A stretch of DNA of 64,000 nucleotides from Hypanus sabinus (Eukaryota), in assembly GCF_030144855.1 (NCBI RefSeq), contig NC_082738.1:43152001-43216000 (forward strand), in the 5' to 3' direction. A program made the position numbers and the translations under genes. The notes under the pieces are model-generated. The model did not search any database. It was not told the DNA's origin and saw only the letters and a list, made by a program, of their open reading frames with translations. This document shows, piece after piece, positions 35,600-49,020 of this stretch. Every line of letters begins with the position of its first letter. Position 1 is the first letter of the stretch.

Positions 35600-37770
35600 G
35601 GAAAACATAGAAAACCTACACACAATACAGGCCCTTTGGCCCACAAAGTTGTGCCGAACATGTCCCTACCTTAGAAATTACTAGGTTTCCCTATAGCCCT
35701 CAATTTTACTAAGCTCCATGTACCTATCTAAAAGCATCTTAAAAGACCCTATCGTATCCGCCTCCACCACCGTTGCCTACAGCCCATTCCACGCACTCAC
35801 CACTCTCTGAGTCAAAAATTTACCCCTGACATATCCTCTGTACCTACACCCCAGCACCTTAAACCTGTATTCTCTTGTGGCAACCATTTCAGCCCTGGGA
35901 AAAAGCCTCTGACTATCCACACAATCAATGCCTCTCATCATCTCGTACACCTCTATCAGGTCACCTCTCATCCTCCTTTGCTCCAAGGAGAAAAGGCTGA
36001 GTTCACTCAGCCTATTCTCATAAGTTGTGCTCCCCAATCCAGGCAACATCCTTGTAAATCTCCTCTGCACCCTTTCTATGGTTTCCATGTCCTTCCTGTA
36101 GTGAGGCGATCAGAAATGAGCACAGTACTCCAAGTGGGCTCTGACCAGGGTCCTATATAGCTGCAACATTACCTCTCAGCTCCTAAACTCAATTCCACAA
36201 TTGCTGAAGGCCAGTACACCATACACCGCCTTAACCACAGAGTCAACCTGCGCAGCTGCTTTGAGCGTCCTATGGACTCAGACCCCAAGATCCCTCTGAT
36301 CCTCCAGACTGCTAAGAGTCTTACCATTAATACTATATTCTGCCATCATATTTGACCTAACAAAATGAACCACCTCACACTTATCTGGGTTGAACTCCAT
36401 CTGCCACTTCTCAGCCCAGTTTTGCATCCTATCAATATCCCACTGTAACCTCTGACAGCCCTCCACACTATCCACAACACCCCCAACCATTGTGTCATCA
36501 GCAAACTTACTAACCCATCCCTCCACTTCCTCATCCAGGTCATTTATAAAAATCACAAAGAGTAAGGGTCCCAGAACGGGTCCCAGAATAGATCCCTGAG
36601 GCACTCCACTGGTGCCTGACCTCCAGGCAGAATATAACCCATCTACAACCACTCTTTGCCTTGTGTGGGCAAGCCAGTTCTGGATGCACAAAGCAATGTC
36701 CCCTTTGATCCCATGCCTCCTTACTTTCTCAATAAGCCTTGCATGGGGTACCTTATCAAATGCCTTGCTGAAATCCATATACACTACATCTACTGCTCTA
36801 CCTTTATCAATGTGTTTAGTCACATCCTCAAAAAATTCAATCAGGCTCATAAGGCTTGACCTGCCGTGCTGACTACTCCTGATCATATTATGCCTCTCCA
36901 AATGTTCATAAATCCTGCCTCTCAGGATCTTCTCTATCAACTTACCAACCACTGAGGTGAGACTCACTGGTCTATAATTTCCTGGGCTATCTCTACTCCC
37001 TTTCTTGTATAAAGGAACATCATCTGCAACTGTCCAATCCTCGAGAACCTCTCCCGTCCCCATTGTTGATGCAAAGATCATCGCCAGAGGCTCAGCAATC
37101 TCCTCCCTTGCCTCCCACAGTAGCCTGGGGTACATTTCTTCCGGTCCCGGCAACTTATCCAACTTGATACTTTCCAAAAGCTCCAGCACATTCTCTTTCT
37201 TAATAGCTACGTGCTCAAGCTTTTCAGTCTGCTGTGAGTCATCACTACAATCACCAAGATCCTTTTCCATAGTGAATACTGAAGTAAAGTATTCATTAAG
37301 TATCTCTGCCATTTCCTCCGGTTCCATACACACTTCCCCACTGTCACACTTGATAGGTCCTATTCTTTCACATCTTATCCTCTTGCTCTTCACATACTTG
37401 TAGAATGCCTTGGGGGTTTTCCTTAATTCTGCCCGCAAGGCCTTCTCATGGCCCCTTCTGGCTCTCCTAATTTCCTTCTTAAGTTCCTTTCTGTTAGCCT
37501 TATAATCTTCTAGATTTCTAACATTACCTAGCTCTCTGAACCTTTTGTAAGCTTTTCTTTTCTTGACTAGATTTATCACAGCCTTTGTACACCACGGTTC
37601 CTGTACACTACCATAACTTCCCTGTCTCATTGGAACGTACCTATACAGAACTCTACACAAATATCCCCTGAATATTTGCCACATTTCTTCCGTACTTTTC
37701 CCTGAGAACATCTGTTGCCAATTTAAGCCTCCATTTTCTTCCTGATAGTTTCGTAATTCCCCTTATTCCC
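35600..37770 (-). mobile_element. Relatively young 5'-truncated CR1 LINE with 477-aa RT ORF
   Basis: ORF 36278..37711 with NYRPVSLTS, DFSKAFDKVPH, GVPQGSILGP, KFADD; ORF 35777..36088 is the C-terminus. Confidence 0.95.
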
Positions 37771-37789
37771 CTAATTGGAACAGGTTGAA

Positions 37790-38160
37790 GCCATAAGGGT
37801 TCTTAAGCTGTTCTGCCATTCAACAAAATCAATTTTTTCAGAATCAACTCTACCAGTCGACCAAATTCCCAGTCTTTGACTCCACTGCAGAGTACAATAT
37901 TTCAACTTCAACCTTGAATACACTTAGCGAGTTAACATTCGCCTCTCTCTTGGAGGGGGAATACCAAATAGTGTCAATCCACCAGGAGATGAAATTTCTC
38001 ATCTCTTGTAAATGCACAAAACCGTATTCTGAAGCAAAACTCCTTAGTTCTTGTGTGCCCTGATAAGAAGAAATGTCCACCCTATTAAGTCCCCTTGGAA
38101 CCCTACATGATAAATGGTATTGACCCCATGTTAGAGATGCCCGCTGCAGGTAGTCTTGTT
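37790..38160 (-). mobile_element. Old CR1 3' fragment
   Basis: EMRNFISW..WYS, VFKVEV remnant. Confidence 0.6.
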
Positions 38161-38479
38161 CTCATAACAACATGGACATTAAGGGCAGAATTAGACCATT
38201 TAGCCCTTCAAACTTGCTCGGCCCTTCAGTAGCTGTTTCTACATCTTTATAACATACCTTCACACTCTTAATCCTTTTATGTCCAGAAATATAACTATTT
38301 AATAGCACCTTGGCTGCAAATGATCCAGTGACCTTGGTTCTGCAGAGTAGTTTCTGTAGATTGAATAACTTCCTTTTATTTCTGAAAATTGTCTTCATTC
38401 TTGTGGAAAGCTTGAAGGTAAAAGTAACAGTGAAAATGATTGAAACAATTGTCAAGATAATGACAGCCATATTTGAGAT

Positions 38480-39620
38480 AAACTATGTTGAAGACCCTTT
38501 GGTTGGGATCATGGCTTGCATACCATCATGAAGCCAATATAAAATGGTGATGGATTTCTGTGTGCTTCTGAAATCAAAAAGGGTTTTCCATTGTCTGTCC
38601 TGATGGAAAGAGGCCAATAAATGCCTTTTTCTTTGAGTTGTTGCATTGTTTTCCTCTGCTTCTGGATGGGGATAATTGCAATTCAATTCAGGGAGCTCCT
38701 CTTTGGACACAAGAGGGGAGATGGCATTCCACCTTCCTTCTCTATTATAAACTTCCCACTCAGAAATGAACTTCAGACTCTACTTGGTGACAACCAGGTG
38801 ACTGCTGAGTCTGGTTTTGATAATCCAAGTCAGCAATTCTGTTGGAACTCCTGTTCTGGTTTCTTTTTCTGTAATTGAAGCAATTACTTACACAGGGTGG
38901 CAGAATGTTAAACAGTTAAGCATTTTTGTGACCTTCCTCTCAATATCTCTGATAAATATTTCAGATGGAACAGGAATATCACAGAAGGCAAGAAAATTGT
39001 CTCCTGGGGTACGTCTCTAGTGAGTATCCAAAGTAATCCCAGTTGCTAACATGTTTTAACACTTGGATTTCCTTTCAAATAACAGATCTTATTATGAATA
39101 AGCCCATTCCCTTTACTTTAGAATTAGTGGCAACACAAAGAGCACTGCAAAATGGGACAAAGGGGAAATAATTGTGTTGAATCCTATATCGAATAGGAAA
39201 TCCAGTCTTCGGTGGAGAAAAAAAAAGTCAAATGACATTAAATTACATATGTTGTAATTGCTCACTTCATGGGTATTTAGACAGGCTAGTTTCGTACTAT
39301 TCTTCACTGAGATTGATTCTGCAGTTGGTCTGTTGATTCAGTTGTAAAGCAAAAGGTAAAATGGTGATAAGTTTCCGTGGGCAGCTGATTTGAAGAGGCT
39401 GTTCTAATGTCCATCTTGAGTAAAGGAGTCAAGGACTTTGGTCACGTTGAAAGAGGCCAAGTGTAGTTTAATAAAGTCCCTACAATTTTCTTGGTTGTAT
39501 TCTGTTATGCCTCTGGGTTAATGTAATCCACACTGTGAATTTGGGGAGTAATTCTTTGTCCACTGGGGAAAATTGGTTGAGAAGGACTCCAGTGCTGACT
39601 TTTATTTATTTTTAGTTTTA
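38480..39620 (-). mobile_element. Ancient RTE-clade RT remnants (pieces at ~38480-38720 and ~39330-39620)
   Basis: ELPELNC.., KSITILYWLHDGMQAMIPTKGSST, LASFNVTKVLDS and CPRKLITIL resemble RTE LPESQCGF, F.DLTKAFDS and GCP.KF.TILRLLHD. Confidence 0.5.
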
Positions 39621-39840
39621 TTTGGAGTTACAGCATGGTAACAGGCCCTGCCTGCCCAATGAGCCCATGCTGCCCAGATACATCTGTGTGCCCAATTAAC
39701 CTAGTAACCCATATGCCTTTGGAATGCTGGAGGAAACCCATGTGACCACAGGGAGAACATACAAATTCCTTACAGACGGCAGTAGAAATTGAACCTGGGT
39801 CATTGGTGCTGTAAAATCTTATGCTAACAACCATGCTATT
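39605..39840 (-). mobile_element. HE1/V-SINE-type SINE (further fragments at ~50440-50552 +, ~50968-51140 -, ~55720-55826 -)
   Basis: Minus strand TGGTTGTTAGC...GGTTCAATT...GAATTTGTATGTTCTCCCTGTGG...GGTTTCCTCC...GGTTAATTGG...GGGCCTGTTACCATGCTGTA. Confidence 0.8.
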
Positions 39841-41177
39841 GACTTCACCTATGGCATGAAGGCCCCCTCTGTAGTAATCATGATTGAAACACTTCCTGAG
39901 GTCCCCTAGAATAACTTCATCTTCCCTTATGTGAACAATGAGATTTGGATTCATGACTAGAGCTTTTCATCATCATCTCTGGAACTTTAAAAAAGGTTTG
40001 TCTCAGTTCTCAAGGTGTTTTATTTTTACTTGTGATGTGGCCTTTTTGACTTCACATCAGTCGGGAGCAGAACAGATGTTGTTAAAGGTACTCGTGTTAA
40101 GGGTCAAGTCAAGGGTGGGGATGTCTTTGGCATGTCCCTTTCAGTGGCTGCTGACAATCTTTCTGAAGCTAAGGAGTTCACCTCTCTGAGACTTTGAGTC
40201 ACAGAGTTATATAACACGGATAGGTTCTTCAGCACAATGCATCCATGCTACCCAAGGTTCTTACCAAGCCATGCTAATCCCATTTGCCTGTATTCAGCCC
40301 ATACCCTGCTCAGCTTTTCCTGCCCATGTACCTGTCCAAATGTCTTTAAAAAGTAGTAATTGTCCCTTCCTCTGCCTTTTCCTTGGTTGCTCCTTTCTGT
40401 GTGGGGGAAAAAATGTCCCTATGACTGTCACTTAAGCACATGAGAGGGGTAGTAGGCCTTACATTTAATGTGCATGTGAAAATGCTCCTCCTCCAACCAG
40501 CCTTACTGTACAAAGCAACCTTCCCACATTAAAGTTTCGAGGTGAGACCCTGGAGGTGTGGACTTCTCCCCACCTCTCAGCAAAAGCATATGCTGATGCC
40601 ATTACATTAGATATAGCCTATGGTTGAGTGAGGAAGAGGATATCTGAAAATCAAAACCTTTGATCTATCCCAAATCTCATGGTTTATTAGACAGCTGCCT
40701 GCCTTCCCATGTGCAACTGAGATCTGCAGTCACTAGAGCAGGCACTGTGACTAATTTAGAAAGGCACCATCAATATTTACCCCCAAACGTGGTAGGATAA
40801 ATTAACCGATGTCAGTTCCTTTCTCACGCAGTCATCACAGGCAAATAATAATGTTCTGAGGTCTGTCATAGGTGCAGATTACCAGGCAGACAAAAAATGA
40901 GATTCAAGAATACGATCAAGATTTGAAAAGAAAAAAAAAGAAAAAAAAGAATACAATCAAAGACTCTTTGGAAAAACTGAACACTTTTTGGTAATCCCTG
41001 ACCTACAATTGTTCAAAGAGGAGAGAAGCATTTGGGATGGCATTGGAAGACTTGAATCCGTACACTTTGAATCCCTGTACAAACAAATGAAGCTGCTGCC
41101 CCATTAGAAGAAATGTCAATGGATCCTACAATGACTTTTGTCATTTAAGATTCCTCAGGACCAGAGTAGAAGCAAGT

Positions 41178-41745
41178 CCATAAGACATATGAACTGAATT
41201 AGGCCATTTGGCCCATTGAGTCTGTTCCACCATTTCATCATGGTTGATTTAGTTTCCCTTTCAACCTCATTCTCCTGTCTTTTCCCTGTAACCTTTGATG
41301 CCCTGACTAATGAAGGATCCATCAACCTCTACATTAAATACATCCAATGGGTTGCCCCCCACAACTGTATATTGCAATTAATTCCACAGATTCAGCACCC
41401 TCTGGTTAAAGAAATTCTTCCTTATCTCTGTTCTATAGGGACATCCTTCTATTCTGATGCTGTGCTCTCTGGAACTTGACTCTCCCACTATAGGAAACAT
41501 CCTCTTCACATCCACTCTTTCAATATTTGATAGGTTTCAATGAACTTCCTCCCTCATTCTCCTAAACGACAGTGAGTAATGCGCAGAGTCTGAAACATTC
41601 CTCATGAGAATGATCCTTTCATTTCTGGGATCATTCTCATGAACCTTCTCCGGATCCTCTCCAAAGCTAACACATTCTTTCTTAAATAAATTGTCCAAAC
41701 CTGCTCACAATATTTCAAGTGTCGTCTGACCAATGCCTTATAATG
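41178..41745 (-). mobile_element. CR1 LINE 3' fragment
   Basis: YKALVRRHLKYCEQVW...ERIRRRFMRMIP; CATAAGACAT tail. Confidence 0.85.
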
Positions 41746-41849
41746 CTCACCAATTCCTCCTGGATCATGAAAGCAAGTGGAGGAAGGAGAAGAGGGAGAG
41801 AATACATTTGTGTTCGGGTTGGTAACCTGCATTTAAATTCCCTAAGTGT

Positions 41850-41863
41850 CCACTAGATGGTGC
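41850..41863 (+). promoter_or_regulatory. Candidate CTCF site
   Basis: CCACTAGATGGTGC, 13/14 to the core consensus, in unique sequence; motif only. Confidence 0.45.
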
Positions 41864-42684
41864 AAGAGACCAGGATTAAACCAGGATTAAACAATGTGTT
41901 CAGCCATTTGTGTAAGAATATACGTACGCAAATGATATGCATTAAGTGGTGGTTTGCTCTGTAAATTGTTGAAGCTAGGGGTTAAAACAGGTGGGTCCAA
42001 CAGGACTTTGCATGAATTGCACTGAAATAAGTGATCATTTACAGAGAACCGTTTGTTGAGTTACGGCTGCACATTTACCTGGATGACAAAATTATGGAAC
42101 ACGCTTGGGCTTGTCTTCCCACCCAACGACATACACCTAATCGTCCTGTTTTTATGGACCAAGTCAATCATATCCATGGATTAGAGCAGAGAAATGCAGT
42201 ACACAAGAATAAACTACAGCTGCTAAATTAAAATGATCTATGTATGTGACATGAAGATATGATATAAATGATTTACATACTTCATATAGTTTAAGTTATC
42301 TTCTATACCTTAGGAAGAGTTGCAGGTCTGGGTTTTATACATTACAATTAGTATTTCTTGTCCATAATTTTGTCCAATTGTCATTGATTCAGCTGCAACT
42401 TCTCAAAGTACATCCCGCAACTCACTTAGGATCTCATATGTGTCCGTTTTAACAATAAGTTAAAACAGTGCATTAAGACTGTGGGTTCATACATTGGCTT
42501 CAAATAAAGGAACACTTCTACTGCTACAGCCTTGATTAGGTCAAGAATTTGTGATACAAACCAAAAAGGCCCTGCAGATTGGAGGGTGGCAAAAGTGAAA
42601 TAACTTTGAAGAAAGGAGCAAATGAAAATCAGGAAAATACCAGTCATGGGAAAACTTCTGGAATTTATAATAAAAGATGTAATC

Positions 42685-43275
42685 TGAATCAGGTTTATTA
42701 CTACAGACGTATGTCATGAAATTTGCTGTTTAGCAGCAGCAGTGCTGTGCAAGACATAAAAATAATACCATAATTTATGATAAGAAATATAAAAAATAAA
42801 TAGTGCAACAAGAGAGCAAAATAATGAGGTAGTGTTCACAGGCTTTTGGACTGTTCAGAAATCTGATGGCGGAGGGGATGAAGCTGTTCCTAAAGAGTTG
42901 AGTGTGTGTCTTCAGGCTCCTGTACCTCCTCCCTCATGATAGTAATGAGAAGAGGGAATGTCCTGGAATGGTGAGGCTACTTCATAACAGCTGCTGCCTT
43001 CCTTCTTGAGGCATTGTCTTTTGAAGATGTCCTTGATGGTGGGGAGGCTACTGCCTGTGATGGAGTGGCTAAGCAGCTTTTTCCAACCTTGTGCATTGGC
43101 AGGACACCAGACGGTGACTCTCTTCATGGTACATCTGCAGAGATTTGCTAGAGTCTTTGGTGACATACTAAATCTCAACTGAAATAAGGCCATTGGCATG
43201 TCTTCTTAGTAACTGCATCAAAATATCTTGGGCACAGGAAAGTACTTCAGAGATGCTGACGCTAGGAACTTGAAG
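42685..43275 (-). mobile_element. Rex1/Babar LINE 3' fragment inserted in an old + strand CR1 (~42540-45380)
   Basis: FSMSPKTLANLCRCT...ITGSSLPTIKDIFKRQCLKK; AATAAACCTGATTC tail. Confidence 0.8.
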
Positions 43276-44289
43276 CTACAAATAACAGAACACCTGGCAA
43301 CGAGTAATAGGATTAAGCAAAGCCAGTATGGATTTATGAAAAGCTATCATATTTGTATCATTGGCACTCAACAGTGAAGACATGACCAGTAGGGAGGAGA
43401 AGGAAGAACTAGACGATTTTAATGCATTTAGGGTTTCCGGTGGTTTCAATAGGGTCCCCAAAAAAAATGCAGGTCAACAAAGTTGGAGCAGATGAAACTG
43501 GGTGCAATGTAATGCCATGGATTGAAAACGGATTATAACAGAAAAGAATGGGAATCAATGGGTATTTGTCAGATTGCCTGTGATGAACAGATACTGACAA
43601 TATCAGCATTTGGGCCACTTTTATTCACTATCCATTTTAATGATTTACCAATGGGACCACAAACCTGAGGTCCAAATTCGCTGGTGAAAGTGGGTGGGAT
43701 GGTAAATACAGGGGAAACAAGGGGCTTCAAGAGGACAGTGAATGTGTTGGCAAAAATTTAGCAGAGGGAATGAAAAAAGTGAGGTCATCCATATTGGTGC
43801 AAAAGAAGTGTTATTAAAATAGAGGATGACAATATCCACAAGGATCCTGGTGGATTGTCCACATGTCACTGAAAGCTAACTGCCCAAAGCAATTAGGAAG
43901 GCAACTCATATGTTGGTCATCAATATGTGAGGATCAGCATCTTACTGCAATTATATAGGACCTTAGTGAGGCTGCATCTGGGAATTTTGTACAATTTTAT
44001 TCTCTTCACCTAAGAAAGAATATGCTTGCCATGCAGGGAGTTCAACAAAGATTTACTAAGCAGGTTCTCAGATGTCAGGTTTGTTTTATGAGGAGAGATT
44101 CAGTATATTAGGCCAATGTTGACTGGTAATTGGTTTATTTGTGTCTCGTGCTCTGAGGTACAATGGAAAAGTTTGTTTTACATGCCATCCATACCGGCTA
44201 TTTCATAACATCATACAGAGAAAGGGCAGTGCAGGCAGACAATAAGGTGTAAGGACATGATGAGGTAGATTGTTAGGTCAAGAGTAGAA

Positions 44290-45005
44290 GATCCTCATCA
44301 AGGGATCAAAGGCAGAGAGGGTCAGCAACTTTAAATTCTTTGGTGCCATCATTCCAGATGATCTGTGTTCTACTTCCTTAGGAGTTGGCAAAGATACAGC
44401 ATTGTTTCTAAAACTCTGATACACTTCTATAGATGTGTGGTGGAGAGTACATTGACTGGTTGCATCACGGCCTGGCACGGAAACACCAAATGCCCTTGAA
44501 CAGAAAATCCTACAAAAAGCAGTGGATGTGATCCAGTCCATCTTCACTCCCAAAAATTGTGTACATCTACACAGAATGCAGGAAGAGCAGCATCCAGCAT
44601 CAGGGACCCCCACCATGCTCTCTCCTCACTGCTACCATCAGGAAGAAGGTACAGGAGCCTCAGGACTCACACCACCAGGTTCAGGAACAGTTATTAACCC
44701 CTCAACCAACAGACTCTTGAACCAGAGGGGACAACTTCACTTGCTCAATCACTGAACTGCTTCCACAACCTATGGACACATTTTTAAGGACTCTTCATCT
44801 CATGTTCTCACTATTTATTGTTTATTTATTTGTTTTTTTTGTGTATTTGGACAATTTGTTGTCTTTTGTACATTGCTTATTTGTCCGGCCCGATGGTGCA
44901 GTCTTGTGTTTCTTGGATTCTATTGTGTATGCCCACAAAAGTGAATCTCAGGGTGGTATATGGTGATATATATGTACTTTGATAATAAATTTACTTTGAA
45001 TTTTG
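44290..45005 (+). mobile_element. Rex1/Babar LINE 3' fragment
   Basis: ERVSNFKFFG, YRCVVESTLTGCITAW, GATAATAAATTTACTTTGAA tail. Confidence 0.8.
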
Positions 45006-45504
45006 ATCTTAGATGATGTCAGTTCAATCAAGAGGTGACTTCATTGAAGCTGCAAAATTCTTAGAGTGCTCATCATGGATGTGGATGTGGATGGGGAGGG
45101 AGGGGGGTCCCCCATGGCTGAAGAGTCTAGGAATACAGTTCAAGTTCGCGGACCAAGTAGTAGGGAAGGAAACAAGGAGAATTTTCATCATTCAGAAGGT
45201 GGTGAATGTTTGGAATTCTCTATCCTGGATGGGTGTGGCTATTCAGTCACTAGGTTCATTCAAAACAGTGCTCAACAAATTTCTGGATATTAAGAATATA
45301 GAGACAATGCAGGAAAATGGCTGTGATCTTTCAGAAACTCAAAGAAGGCTTGCAGTCCTAGATGGCCTGCTCTCCTAAGACATACATTCAAATATTTATA
45401 GTCTGATTGGTGTAACAACAACTACTAAGCTAATGTTTTCTCTCAATTCCCATTTTTGCAGCAGGAATTTGCACTTATTTGGGCCTGCTCAAAGCTCCAA
45501 AGTT

Positions 45505-45640
45505 TGACTATGGGGATGTAAATACCACCAAACTAGACATGCCCGGGCATCATCCCTGATGAATGTGGCAGAGTTTGTCATCAAAACATCAGTTGTAATC
45601 GATACCTGTACCTGCCTGGAAGCTCAAGAGGAGTATACTC
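45505..45640 (+). mobile_element. Penelope-like terminal fragment with decayed hammerhead ribozyme
   Basis: CTGATGAA-TGTGGCA-GAGTT-TGTCATC-AAAACATC at 45556-45590; homolog of 30686-30830. Confidence 0.65.
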
Positions 45641-46399
45641 AACACTATCAGTTTGTTTTATATCTAAACCTCTTAGAGATATTTAGCTGATACAATGGTT
45701 ACAGACGAGTCTTTGAGTTTTGGCTTAAGTTGATTGGAGATATGGGGAGTCTTACTTTGTAATTTCCCACATAAGAGATTTGGTTATAAATGTAGCGTCA
45801 AACAACAGACTTCCCCATAAGGATGGATGGAAAATCAAAAGATGAATTGCCTTTAAATTTGAGAACTGATATATTCTGCAGATGTGATTTGGAAACTAGA
45901 CACTGGGGTCTTATTAAACCACTTTCCAGGAATTTTTAACACATTAGACATTGGAATGCCTTATCCTTTTGATCTCTGCAGAATCTAAGCTTCCTGGAAC
46001 TCTCTCAGGATGATATTCAGTGTAATTATCAGCTCTGATAGGCAACCCCTAGGTAGAGAATAGAGTCAAAGGTTGCGGCTCAAACATCTTGTCTGCTGGA
46101 AGCACAAAGCCAACAGCCAGAGGTCAGCAGGTTAAGTATCAGAGGTCAGTGTGGACGAGCTGGTGTGGAAAGGTTGTAAATTGAAAGTAAAGCCATTGGA
46201 GCTCAGCAAGGGCTGCTGCAATGGATAAACACGTGTTCATATCCCAGGCCATCACAACATGCTCTGTTTTGTTTGCATGATTGTGTTGCTGCATGACTTG
46301 ATCAGTAAATCAAAGACTAATGGTCTAGAGAGAGAACTTTAAGTGCCACAAAGGATATATCTTGAGATATAAGCAAACTGCTGGAAGGATGGGGTGGAA

Positions 46400-49020
46400 C
46401 TGTTGGTAAAAAATAAAATAAAATCCTCAGGAAGAGGTGACTGCAAGGGTAAAAAGACCCTGATGGGAGTTATATACAGGCCTCCAAATAGTAACCAAAT
46501 ACAAATTACAGTGGGAGATAGAAAAGGAGTGTAAAAAAGGGCAATGTTACGACAATAATAGCAGATTTCAATATGCAAGTAAATTGAGAAAACTGGGTAG
46601 GTGCTGGATCCCAAGAGAGGGAATTTGTAAAATGCCTACATCATGGCTTTTTAGTGCAGCTTGTGGTTGAGCCCACTAGGGGAAAGGCAATTCTGGACTG
46701 GGTGTTGTGTAATGAACCAGATTTGATTAGGGAGCTTAAGGTAAACTCTTAGGAGACAATGATCATAGTACGATAGAATTCACCCTGCAACTTGAGAGGG
46801 AAAAGTTAGAGTCAGATGTATCAGTATTACAGTGGAATAAAGGGAATTACAGAGGCCTGAGAGAGGAGCTGGCCAAAGTTGATTGGAAGGAGACACTAGC
46901 AGGGATGATGGTAAAACAGCAGTGGCTAGAGTTTCTAGGGGCAATAAGGAAGGCGCTTGATAGATATATTTCAAAGATGAAGAAGTACCTTCTCAAAAGA
47001 TGAAGTCAAAGACAGCATAAAGTGAGAAGAGAGGGCATACAATATAGCAAAAATTAGTGGGAGGTTAGAGGATTGGGAAGCTTTAAAAATCCAACAGAGG
47101 GCAACTAAAAAGCCATAAGGAGAGAAAAGATGAAATAGGAAGCTAAACTAGCCAATAACATAAAAGAGGATGCCAGAAGTTTTCTCAAATATATAAAGAG
47201 TGAAAGAGACGTGAGAGTGGATATTGGACATCAGTAAAATTATGGTGGAGAGGTAGTAATGGCAGATAACAACATGGCAAATGAACTTAATAAGTACTGT
47301 ATTCTGCGTCTGTCTTCACTGTGGAATTCACTAGCAGTATGTCAGCAATTCGAGAGTGTTAAGGGATGGAAGTGAGTGTTGATTCTGGAATGGTTCGGAA
47401 GGATTAGAAATTGCAAATGTCACTCCACTCTTTAAGAAGGAGGGAGATAGAAGAAAGGAAATTATAGAACCGTTAGCCTGACTTCAGTGATTAGGAAGAT
47501 GTTGGAGTCCATTTTTAAGGATGAGGTTTCAGGGTACTTGGAGGCACATGATAAAATAGGATATAATAACAAGATTTCCCTTAAGGAAACAAAGTCAGCA
47601 TAGCTTCCTGAAGGGAAAATCCTGCCAGACAAACCTTTTTGGAATTCTTTGACAAAGGAGAGTCAGTGAATGTTGCTTACTTGCATTTTCAGGCCTCTGA
47701 CAAGGTTGCTATGAGGTTGCTAAACAAGAGCCCATGGTATTACAGGAAAGATGTTAGCATGGATAGAAGATTGGCTGACTGGCAGGAGGCAAAGAGTGGG
47801 AATAAGGGGGGGGGGGCTTTTCTGTTTGGCTGCCACTGGCCAGTTGTTGGTATTGGGATCGCTTCTTTTCATGTTCTATGTCAACGATTTGGATGATGGG
47901 ATTGATGGTTTTGTGGCCAAGTTTGCAACAATACGAAGATAGGTAGAAGGGCAGGTAGTGTTGAGGAGGCAGGGAATCTGCCAAAGAACTTAGACAGATT
48001 TGGAAAATGGGCAAAGAAGTGGCAGGTGGAATATAGTGTAGAGAAATATATGATCATACACTTTCGTCGAAGGAATAAAAGTGTAGACTATTTCCTAAAT
48101 GGAGAAAATTTTAAAAAAGCAGAGGTGCAAAGGGACTTGGGAGTCCTTGTGCAGGATTCCCTAAAGGTTAACTTGCAGCTTGAGTCAGTAGTAAGGAAGG
48201 CAAATGCAATGTTAGCATTCATTTCAAGAGGACTAAACATGAATGAATGAATGAAATTTTATTTATTTTGGTCAGTACAAACATTAAAAAAAGCATAATT
48301 TTCAGCAATGATTTCATAAGACCAATTTAAATAAAAATCTTTAGAACAGACCGAAAGGGTGTAGGCCGAAGCTACAGTTTATTACGCCTACCCCTCTTAC
48401 TTATACAAAAACATAAGACCAAGGATGTGATGCTGAGGCTTTATAAGGCATTGATCAGACCACACAGAGTATTGTGTGCAGATTTGGGCTTCTTATCTAA
48501 GAAAGTATGTGTTGGCATTGGAGATGGTCTAGAGGAAGTTTACAGGAATGATTCCGAAAATGAAAGGGGTAACATATGAGGAGCGTTTGATGCCTCTGGG
48601 CCTGTACTCGCGGGAGTTCAGAAGAATGAAGGGGGATCTCAATGAAACCCATGGAATATTGAAAGTCTGGATAGTGTGCGTGTGGAGATGATGTTTCCTA
48701 TAGTAGGTGAGTCTAGGACCAGAGGGCACTGACTCAGAATAGAAGGACATCCAGTTAGAACAGAGATGAGAAAGAATTTCTTTAGCCAAAGGGTGGTGAA
48801 TCTGTGGAATTCATTGCTACAGACAGCTGTGGAGGCCAAGCCATTGGGTATATTTAAAGCAGAGGTTGAAATGTTCTTGATTAGTCACAGTGTCAAAGGT
48901 TTCAGGGAGAAGGCATGAGAATGGGATTGAGAAGGATAATAAATCAGCCGTGATGGAATGGCAGAGCTGACTCGATGAGCCAAATTGCTTAATTCTGCTC
49001 CTATGCTTTATGGTCTTATG
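46400..49020 (+). mobile_element. Long degraded CR1 ORF2 (endonuclease through RT to 3' tail)
   Basis: GVIYRPPNS, AILDWVLCN, NYRTVSLTS, YVNDLDDG..VAKFA, TCTTATG tail. Confidence 0.88.
48241..48408 (-). mobile_element. Short LINE 3' end (Crack/L2-like) inserted into CR1
   Basis: AAACAT TSD (48235-48240, 48409-48414); minus strand GGGGTAGGC...GCCTACACCC stem-loop, AATAAA and (ATTC)n tail. Confidence 0.75.
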
